From positions 170,839,613 through 170,903,612 of the forward strand of contig NC_092376.1 of NCBI RefSeq assembly GCF_030028105.1: a DNA stretch of 64,000 bases, written 5' to 3'. Below the pieces are notes generated by a model. It was given only the letters and a program-made list of their open reading frames with translations. It made no database searches and was not told the DNA's origin. A program made the translations under genes and the position numbers. The stretch's first letter is position 1; every line of letters begins with the position of its first letter. This document shows, piece after piece, positions 1-9,570 of the stretch. This DNA comes from Mobula birostris (Eukaryota).

Positions 1-436
1 CCTGCCTACTGGGGTGTCGAAAGTTACAAACCTCTTCAAACGGTGTGTCCCTGAGCCGAACTCTGACACTCCAGTGGGTTTAGGGGAAAGGTCACTGGTT
101 CTGCTCGGCCTCATTAACCCAGGTTGAGCTGGGCTGAGTTTCAATGGCCCTGCTGTGCAATTCCATGACGTGAATGCACACATTAATGCAGAACTGCTGA
201 GAACAGAAACATCCTGAGGTCAAAACAGAAAATGCTGGAAAACCCAGCAGATCAGGCAGCATTTGTGGAACAATTAATGATTTCAGTCAAACACACATCA
301 TCGGAGTAGTTTATATTTCAGATTTCCAGCACCTGCCGTTTTCCTTGATGGTCACATCCTGAGTTCAGTTCGAGCCCGATCATTGGACTGTACACGTCAC
401 CACTCACTCTGAATCTGATTGGTCTGTTTCTCACAG

Positions 437-706
437 TTGAGACGAGTTCACAGCAGCCTCTGTTGGGCAGTGACGTCACCCTCAGCTGTACCATCTCCAG
501 ACTCCCAGATACCGTCAGTCTCCACTGGAAACCAGTGGGCTCATCCCAGCAGAACAGGAGAAACACTGATCAGATCCGCCTGAATAACACCGCCTATCTG
601 ATGGTCCGACACGTTACAGTGAAGGATGGGAAGTTGTATCAGTGTGAAGTGCGGGAAAACGGAAACATTGTTCTCACAAGCAAAGCAGATTTTACTGTAG
701 GCACAG
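437..706 (+). CDS. IgSF receptor gene A, Ig domain D2 exon (C2-type); the gene starts left of the window
   Basis: Acceptor tttctcacag|, donor |gtaagt, 270 nt, phase 1-1. Reads VETSSQQPLLGSDVTLSC...SLHW...LYQCEVRE with canonical B-Cys, C-Trp and F-Cys. Paralogous to 10415-10681. Confidence 0.9.
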
Positions 707-1267
707 GTAAGTGTTGTTATCAAATGCTGGATATTAAAATTGCACTTGTATCATCAGTGGTTCATGTAATGTTGGGAGTGAACCCCTTGAAAGAGCATAG
801 TCCATGATCAACTGTCCTCTGTAATTTGCATCAATAGTTAGACAGAAGCTTCTAGAAAGTCTCTCTGCGGAGTAGCTGCCTGCTTGTCTCTGTGTAACAG
901 CCACAGCACATAGGAAGGAGGCACTTCTGTCAGATTTGTACAGAAGACACGTGTAACTAGACACGTGTAAGTGTTGTTATCAAATGTTGGATCTAAAATT
1001 ACATTTGTATAATTGGTGATTCATGTAACGTTGGGAGTGAACCCCTTGGAAAATTGTAGTCTTTTGAAACTAAACTGTAATAAGTACTTTTATCATATTT
1101 AATTTGCTTTTATGTGGAATTCACAAAATGCCACCTTTTAAACCTTGAACAGCTGGACAAAACATAAAACATTTTTATATAAATGTGGATGAGAATTTTT
1201 CATCATTGTCTCTGAAAATAGGCTGTTATAACAGGTGACTATGTTCTCCACTGTCTCTCTGATACAG

Positions 1268-1606
1268 CTTTATATCGGAAGCGTTACACCCTTTATCGTC
1301 CCAGCACAGATTACAGTGAACTCCACCTGGTTTGCTATTCTCGTTCTGCTTACACTCGTGGTGAGTGGACCTGGAAATCACGTCAACCACAGGACCAACA
1401 GAAACAAATAGCATCTGCAACAGTCTATCAGCCCATCAATGTCGGTAGCACCGACTTTGAGAATCGACTGATGACCTCGGTGAAAAAATTCAATGGCAAG
1501 AATTTCAGTGTGAGGATTGTCCCGGTTTTGTTTGGAGATGCCGGAGTTCACATATGTTCTCTAGGGTCAAATACATTTCCGACCATTGAGCTAATCACAG
1601 TGAAAG
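1268..1606 (+). CDS. IgSF receptor gene A, Ig domain D3 exon (V-type); absent from the ORF track
   Basis: Acceptor ctctctgatacag|, donor |gtagga, 339 nt open, phase 1-1. Reads LYRKRYTLYRPSTDYSELHLVC...WTW...NFSVRIVPVLFGDAGVHICSLGSNTFPTIELITVK. Paralogous to 23148-23483. Confidence 0.9.
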
Positions 1607-1684
1607 GTAGGAGACAGAATGTTGCAGTTGCGTTTACCAATTAAGTCGTTGTTTAGAATGTAAATAACCTGCTTGTTTCCACAG

Positions 1685-1945
1685 TCACGGCTGAACCGTC
1701 TGATCCAGTGACTGAGGGAGACACCGTTACCCTGAGCTGCTCTGTGTCTGACGTCACTGCATCAACCAGACTGGTTTGGATCAACGGAGATGGTGAAACC
1801 ATTGGAGACAAAACACTGACTGGGGAAGAGAAATCACTGAGTCTGATCATACAGAAAGCTGAGAGAGGCAGTGGGAAATGGACGTGTGGTGTGTTTGATC
1901 AAGACAGGCTCCGGATTATCGTCCCATATTATCAAGAGTGCAGTG
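1685..1945 (+). CDS. IgSF receptor gene A, Ig domain D4 exon (C2-type, WxC motif)
   Basis: Acceptor tgtttccacag|, donor |gtgagt, 261 nt, phase 1-1. Reads VTAEPSDPVTEGDTVTLSC...LVW...GKWTCGVF. Paralogous to 24724-24993. Confidence 0.9.
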
Positions 1946-2023
1946 GTGAGTTACTGCAGGTTTGCTCTTCATATTGAGAAACATGATCACATTTTGTGTC
2001 ATTAATTGTTCTGTTTGCTATAG

Positions 2024-2094
2024 TGAAACTTATTCATATTCTGTGTGGGAGTCTCGCTGATGGGGCTGGTCAGTCTGATGCTTTTGTGATCTAA
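2024..2094 (+). CDS. Candidate terminal exon of gene A; the spliced frame has no TM, and a TM-like stretch lies in a shifted frame
   Basis: Acceptor tttgctatag| follows a 78-nt intron. The phase-1 frame reads VKLIHILCGSLADGAGQSDAFVI*. The adjacent frame (2030-2086) reads LFIFCVGVSLMGLVSLMLL then TGA. Confidence 0.45.
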
Positions 2095-2819
2095 ATATTC
2101 TTCAGAAGTTAAGAAAGAAGCATAAGACTTGTTGCTTATGATCATTTTACTAAATAGTCCAAGAACCAGTGAAAATAGTGGAAAGTGTGTTGAGAGTCAA
2201 AGAGGAAAAGAGAAGAGCAGGAAAAGAGCAGAGGAAGAGAAGTTGATGAAAAAAGAGTGAAAGAGTGAACAGAGGAGATCTGATCTTCTTAAACCAAACA
2301 AATGATTCCATTGAGATAGGAATATAACCAATCATTTAACAGTTAACAAATTAAATAGCCACATTGAAGGAAAATTATATCTGACTCTGAAACTAAAGGT
2401 TATAAACCATTCAAAGGTTCATTTATTATCAAAGTATACAACTGTGAAATTCTTCTGTTCCTTGGAACCAAGAGGAAAAGAATAACAACACAATTATCAA
2501 CCCCCAACTACCCTCTCCCCGCACAAAAATGGAACAGGAACATCAACCCACGGATCGGGCAAAAAACACAGGAACTGAGAGATTTTCAGAAAAATGCTGT
2601 GTCATCTTTAAACACTGAACCATCTCATGTATGTCAGTAATTATATAAAAATACAAACAAGCATAATAAAGTTAAGCTACAAGAAAAATAACAATTCCAC
2701 AGCCCAATCCAACAGGATTATAATATAAACCATGGGATAACTCTGTGTTTCCAGAATCAATATTGAAACGTCTCTTTTCCCTGCATCACTGATTCTCTTG
2801 GGAGGCTCACGGAGTCAGA

Positions 2820-3105
2820 ACAACATGGAAACACAGAAAACCTGCAGCACAATACAGGCTTTTTGGCCCACAATGCTGTGCTGAACATGTACTTACTTCA
2901 GAAATTATCTCTGGTTACCCATAGTCATCTATATTTCCAAGCACCATGTACCTATCCAGGAGTCTCTTAAATGACCCTGTTGTACCTGCTTCCCACCAAC
3001 GTCACCGCAGCCCATTCCATGCAATCACCACTCTCGGCGTAAAAAACTTACCCCTGGCATCTCCTCTGTACCTCCTTCCAAGTACCTTAAAACTACACCC
3101 TCTCA
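2820..3105 (-). mobile_element. CR1 LINE 3' end fragment
   Basis: Same terminal sequence as the CR1 3' end at 23610 (acagaaaacct.cagcacaatacaggc...ggcccacaa). Confidence 0.7.
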
Positions 3106-3757
3106 TGTTAGATATTGGGTAATGTCAGGTAAATGGAGACTTTACATTGGTTTCCTGGACCAGACCCACTGCCACAATCACCACACACCTTCTCTCATGT
3201 CCATGCTGACCAATACTGAGCACATTCTACACATTAATGACAAGGTCCCGAGAGTCACTGGGCATCAGTGTAGAGACGCCACCCCAGACACTGTAAGGCA
3301 GTTAAAAGCTCTTAAAATTAAATTTCAATGGCAAATCTTTGAAAATCTCAAATTTTAAAATACAAGCAACATGCTTAAAACACGTGACTGAAGTTCAACT
3401 GAGAAATTCCTTCTCCTTTCCCCATCTTAAACCAGACCTGAACTGGGTCGGATTAGAGAGTGATACTTCAGTGTACTATTGGGAATCCCAGCAATTAGTG
3501 TTGCAACTGTGAATTAGTCACAATGAGACTGGACTGTCGATGTAAAATGGCTTTATTCAGCATGATAAGAGACGTTTTAGAGAAATTCTCAAAGGAATCC
3601 CGCTGAACTCAAAGTGCATTGATGTTTTCCACTGCTTAAGCACAAAAATAATAGCATGTGATTAAATACAGTTTTAATGGTTGTGATTGCATATTCTCCT
3701 TCAAAAAAGGGGGTGAAAAAGTTAAATCATCAGGAGTATTTGATAGCTCTGTGCCTG

Positions 3758-6700
3758 CATAGGTGGCCTTAGTTATGTTTCACCCGTTTCAACTGAAATG
3801 GGCCCCGCCCTCCCAGGAGCCCCCGACTGACATGCAAAAACTTAATGCACAGCTCCCAGACACCACAATGTTCTCCTGCTATTGCCAGCTGAACCACCAG
3901 TGGGTGCTCATTGACCGACATCTGAGAAAATACATCAAAATATTTACTTTACTAGTAAACATTGCTCCTAGCAAAGAAGGCTACTTTTCAATGAGAGGAA
4001 AATGAAATGCTCCTATCCTAGTGGTGCTAAAAAAAACGGAAAATATTAGACAACAAAACAAAACGTCTAAATAGTCTCCCAAAAGTTAAATCTTTCTTTG
4101 GTCCAGCATCTGTAAAAGACCCACTGACTGCAGTTGCTGCTGCACCATTGTCACAGCATGGGGCTGCAGTGCCAAGTGACGGTGTAAGCGGTACAGGAGA
4201 TGTTGATAATCAGAGCAATGAAAATGAGAAGAACAATTCTACTCAAACAGGTGGTGATAATGATGACCAAACTTTGTTTGATGAACAACCTCACAGCATG
4301 AGGACAGTCCTACAACTGAGACAGGTGAGGGAGATGCCACCACCAGCACAGCAGACAGAGAGAAAGCCCCACTAACATTCACAGAGACCAATCTGGCACA
4401 TTGGCCAATGCATGTTACCAGTGACCAACGGATTGACATTGTTAAGAGAGGTCCCGTTAAATTAGAGGACATTAACTTTCTACAGAGCCAATCATGCCGT
4501 CGTTTTACCAAGGACAGAGATCTTATGAAGATAAAAAATTGAGAAACCATTCGTAGGTCATGGTTAGTGTACTCAGAATCACCTGATTCAATCTTCTGTT
4601 TCTGCTGTACCCTATTTGGCAAGTGAAATCACAGTCTCACTTGCGGAGGTTTCAGAGTGTGGGAGCGACTCACTCTCACATTCCAGGATCATGAGAAGTC
4701 AAATGCGCACCGTGCCAACGTGGATAGCTGGTGCGAGCTGAAAACATGCTTAAGAATGCACAGTGCCATTGACAGCACGCACCAAGAAATGCAAATGCTG
4801 GAAAAGAAACACTGGAATGATGTCATGAAGAAGTTCATTGCCATAGTCTGTCACGTTGCAGAACGAAACCTTGCTTTCCATGGCCATAATTCCACCCTAC
4901 ATGAACCAAATAATGGGAACTTTCTAGGTCTGGTGGAGCTGCTTGCCGAGTTCGATCCAGTGATGAGCGAACATGTCAGATGAGCAGAGAAAAAAGAGAT
5001 TGCTGACCACTACATGGGGAAAACCATACAAAATGAGTTAATCACACTTATTGCAGACAAGACACTGGAAGCGATAACAGAGAGAGTAAAACAATTACGT
5101 TACTACTCGGTGATAATGGACTGCACCACTGACGCTGCACACGTAGAGCAGCTCTCTGTGACACTGCGCATTGTCACATGCCAAGTAAGTGTCGGAGCTA
5201 TTGCTAGTGAGCATTTGACGGTTTCCTACCAGTGCTTGACACAACAGGTGCAGGCCTAACCGACGTTTTCTTAACGCATATGGAGAAGTTAGGATTAGAT
5301 ATCTCAAAATGCAGGGGGCAGGCATGTGATAACGGAAGCAATATGCAGGGGAAAATAGCGGGGTGCAGAAGAGGATGCTAGATATTAACAAAAAAGCACT
5401 GTTTATGCCATGCGCCGGTCACAGCCTAAACCCAGTCATTGTCGATGCTGCAAAATCAACAGTGGAGTCTGTGAGCTTCTTTGGGGGTGCTGCAATGTCT
5501 ATACACACTACTCAGCTCATCGACACAGAGGTGGGAGCTTTTCAAGGAGAACGTCCCACAGATGACCCTCAAGGCCATATCCAACACGCGAAGGGAGTGC
5601 CGCATGGAAAGTGTGAAAGTCCTGCGCTACCAGCTTCCCGATGTTGGCAATGTGCTCCTGTCACTGATTGAACATGCCACACAGAAAGGTGACAGTGAAA
5701 CCACATCTGCAGCCAGAGGCCTAGAACAGGAGATCATGTCATGGAAATTCCTGCTGACTGTTTTCATCTGGTACAACGTTTTACATGAGGTGAATCGTGT
5801 CAGCAAGCTGCTTCAGAGCCCACAAGTGGGAATCGATGTGCTACAGCGCGAGGTGGAATATGTTCTGAAATTTCTCAAGGAATACAGAGAGAATGGCCTT
5901 TCATCCACCCAAACAGATGCCAGACACATAGCTGAAGAGATAGGGATGCCAATTGTCTTTCCTACTGCATGAATCAGAAAACCAAAACGCCAGTTCCAGT
6001 GCGAGTCCCAAAGTGCAGATCCTTCCCTGACAGTGGCACCCGAGGAACGGTACAAGAGAGAAGTTTTCCTTCCACTAGTGTGCTCTGCCATCACAGGCAT
6101 TAGTGAGTGCTTCAAGCCGATGGAGTCATTTTACAGTCTGTTTGGCTTCAGTTATGGAAGAGAGGAAATGAAAAAAGCCACCCAAAGTCGCACACTGAAA
6201 GACAGCTGTGTAAACATGGAGAGGACACTTGGTGATGTGGATGCTGAGGACCTTTTGCGCGAGGTGTCGGCTGCGGTCAATGCCATGCCTGCAAAAGAAA
6301 CCACTGGCCTGCAGGTTCTGAGCTACATTTACAGCAACAATCTGGTTGAACTGTATCCTAACCTCACCTTTGTTCTAAGACTCGTGCTGACAGTGCCTGT
6401 GACTGTAGCGAATGGAGAGAGAAATTTTTCAAGGCTGAATCTCATCAAAACGCATCTGAGGACAACTATGCTCCAGAAGCATCTGTCAGCTCTTGCTCAG
6501 ATATCAATTGAGCATGAAATAACAAGATCGCTGGACAAAGATGAGCTCATTAAAGCATTCTCAGCACTCAAGCACAGGAGGGTAGCGAAATTCTCGTGAT
6601 AAGTCTTTTAACACATTTTTAGCAGAAATTAAGTTTATAATTAAAATAATAAAATAAACCATGTATTTCACTCAAAATGTGTATAGGTGGTTAGGTGGCG

Positions 6701-7260
6701 TTTCCACATATCGTAATTTCTCTCTCCCACTTGCGCCCCTTCTCTCTCTCACTCTCCTCCTGTTCACTCTCCAGGCCTTACGTGAGCTGTCCGTGGTGCT
6801 GAAAGAGCGCGAGACGCAGTTTGTTGTAAACTTCCAGTAGTTAACTTTCAGACAGTTTATTGAATAAATAAAGTGTGAATTTTCATTAAATATGACATTG
6901 CTTTTGTTATTAATTTAATTAGAGGGAAATTGTTTTAGCTGTTGTTATGTCAGCTGATACCTGACACACAGTGTCATTCAATGCAGACTAGTTGCTGAAA
7001 AGGGCGAGGCTTCTCACTCCAAAGCAAAAAATGTCACTGTTTCAGTTTTTAATTAAGAGAATTGTTTGGATTATGTTGAGCTGTCTGTCCATTATGCTGA
7101 ATGTGCATATAATGCATCAAAGTTTAAGTCTGAAATTATACCATTATTGATGCAAACCAACTTGAATATTCGCTTTTTTTCTTTCTTTTTTTTTGGAAGC
7201 GGGGGTACGGTCCCATATTAACTCTTGAAACGGGCCCCCAGATGCTTAAGGCCGCCTATG
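3758..7260 (+). mobile_element. hAT DNA transposon (ZMYM1-like transposase), complete ends, disrupted ORF
   Basis: TIRs cataggtggcctta and taaggccgcctatg (13/14 match). Perfect 8-bp TSD tgtgcctg at 3750-3757 and 7261-7268. Confidence 0.92.
4550..6599 (+). pseudogene. Degenerate hAT transposase
   Basis: Fragments: TTF-type zinc finger SWLVYSESPDSIFCFCCTLF, YYSVIMDCTTD (catalytic Asp region), CAGHSLN, and the C-terminal dimerization motif LTVPVTVANGERNFSRLNLIKTHLRTTM. Split over 4-5 ORFs by stops and frameshifts. Confidence 0.85.
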
Positions 7261-7268
7261 TGTGCCTG

Positions 7269-7650
7269 TACCCACTGGAGTTCAGAAGAATGAGAAGGGA
7301 TCTCATTGAAGCCTACCAAATATTGATAGGCCCAGGTAGTTGGTCATGGAGAGGTTGTCTGCAATGGTGGGGGAATCTAGGACCAGAGGGCACAGCCTCA
7401 GAAATGAAGGACATGCCTTAAGAACAGTGATGAGGAGGAATTTCTTTAGGAAGAGTAGCGTGAATTTGTGGAATTCATTGCCGTTTACAGCTGTGGAGAC
7501 CAAGTCATCGGGTATATTTAAAGCGGAGGTCAATGACGGACATAAAACATTACAGGAGAAGTCATGAGAATCAGGTGTGTATGGAATGTATATCAGCCAT
7601 GATCTTGAGCAGTCTCGATAAGCCAAATTCTGCTCCAATGCCTCATGCTC
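7269..7650 (+). mobile_element. CR1 3' fragment interrupted by the hAT insertion
   Basis: Removing the hAT joins ...atagctctgtgcctg to tacccactggagttcagaagaatgag, restoring the CR1 RT C-terminal motif (LYxLEFRRMR). Confidence 0.7.
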
Positions 7651-8984
7651 TTATTTGGTTGTATACAAGTCTTGTATAGAAATACAAGTGTACAATGGTT
7701 GAAAATCTCCACTGACGATGTATCTTTGAATATTCTGACATTTGTGGACAATGTGAAGGCTTCTAAGGAAGAAGTGCGAGGCAATCAAAACATTATTATT
7801 TTATCATTGTGTTGAAGGATAGCTCTCTCTGTCAACAATAGGGTGTATTAAAGTGACAAGCCTTGTACTAGATGGACAATTGGTTCTTGTTTGTATTAAC
7901 TAGTCCACATTACAGTGGACGAGATGCTGAGCCATCTTTAAATGTATGAAGGTAGATAAGTCTCCTGGGCCTGATCTCGTGTATCCAAAGGCACTGAGAA
8001 GAAACTGCAGAGCCACAGTTAAGGTAAATCCATCAGTATTAATGAAAAGTGAAGTGCCAGATGACTGGATGGTGGGTAATAGTGGCCTTTATTTCAGAAG
8101 GGCTGTAAAGTAAAACCTCAGAATTATAGAGCAGTAATCTTAACATCTCCCATTTATAAGTTACTGAAGAGGATTCTGAGGGACAAGGTTTACATGTATT
8201 TGGAAAGACTGGAATTGATTAGGGACAGTCAACACAGCCCTACATTTGGGAGATCAAATCTGATTGAGATTTGAAGAGATAACCAAGAAAGGTGGATGAG
8301 TGAGGGTGTTGATATGGTCTATACAAACATGCATGAGAGCCATGGACCCCGTGGTACACCAATTGGTACCGACCTCCAGTCAGGAAATGCCAAGCAACCA
8401 CTATCCTCAGCCACCAGACAATCATGTTTCCAACTCTCCGAGACACCTTGAATACCTTCTGAAGCAACCTGTCATGGGAGGCATTGGAAAAGCCTCACCA
8501 AAATACACGTGAACCTCATCCTTCATTGCTGCACTATTCAAATTTCTTAATCATTTGATTTTTAATTAACTTATTTAATTGATTGTTATGAAACATTATT
8601 CTTGTTAAAAACACTTCGTGATTCAGAAAGGTTCATATTAATTTCAGGAGCTGTAATGAGATCTTCACCTCTGATGGGGGTAGACCAAAGAGTATTGGGT
8701 TCTGAAGTTTCAGAGCACCTGAACTGGTTTAGTTTTCTTCAATGAGAGTCGTCAATCACTTAGAGTTGCTTGTGTGTGTTTTTTTTTTACACTGCTTTGC
8801 ACTGTGGTCTCCTAATGCCTTCTTTTCAAGCTTATTAAGTTTATTTTGATAAGCTCAGAAATTCAATGTTCCATGTACACTTGAAGCAAATGCCCAATTA
8901 GCTGTGATTGCCGGGTCCGAGTTTGAGAACGTTACTTCTCGCAGTGCCGCTTGGCTGAGCCACAATGTCTTGGAATTTTTATGA

Positions 8985-9033
8985 ATGAACTCTCAACTGC
9001 GTCTCTACATGTTCTTTCTTTTCTCTGCACTTA
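8985..9033 (+). CDS. Tentative leader (signal peptide) exon of gene B
   Basis: ATG-initiated hydrophobic MNSQLRLYMFFLFSAL, 49 nt, ending in phase 1 as the D1 exon requires. The donor gtttcc is weak and the same AG could instead be an acceptor. Confidence 0.3.
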
Positions 9034-9225
9034 GTTTCCGATATTGCCAGCACTCATCGTGACAGGGCTGAAAGGATGTGTGAGAAATCCCAAACAATTT
9101 TAATCAGAAACTGTGAATGGAATCAGAACTCACAACTTCCTGAAAATTAATTTTCCATCTGTTCCTCATGACACAGATCACACTGAGAAACTGTTGTCTG
9201 ATTATTTTTACCTTTCCATTTACAG

Positions 9226-9570
9226 GAAGTGGGAATTCTATTTACTTTCTCCATCAGGAAGGGAACTTTGTATTGAAGGGACCAGACAATCCTGGAAGTG
9301 ACTCCATTGATTTGGAATGGAGGCCACACACAGGACAACAAACCACAAAGCGATTGGCCACTTTTCACAGAGAAGATCAGCGGTGGGCCGTAAAATGGAG
9401 TGATGAGTTCAGTAAAATACCAGACATTTCCCAGAGGTTACATGTGGACTGGGGTACCCTTAATCTGAGAATCAGGGAGCCCACCTTTCAACTTGCAGGA
9501 CTGTTCACCTGGAATCAGACACAGTCCGGTGGGAAAATCCCGAGACAGTGTGAGATATTTGGGATCAAAG
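9226..9570 (+). CDS. Gene B D1 exon (V-like Ig domain lacking the canonical B- and F-strand cysteines)
   Basis: Acceptor ccatttacag|, donor |gtatgt, 345 nt. Reads EGNFVLKG...LEW...LNLRIREPTFQLAGLFTW...RQCEIFGIK. An alternative acceptor exists at 9257. Confidence 0.8.

Noticed and set aside
1-436. D1 exon of gene A
   Set aside because: No Ig-like open frame with suitable splice sites. The region holds a SINE-like remnant (~221-345), and D1 presumably lies left of the window.
4550-6599. Host ZMYM1-like gene
   Set aside because: Intronless, multiply disrupted, and bounded by TIRs with an 8-bp TSD, so it is a transposon.
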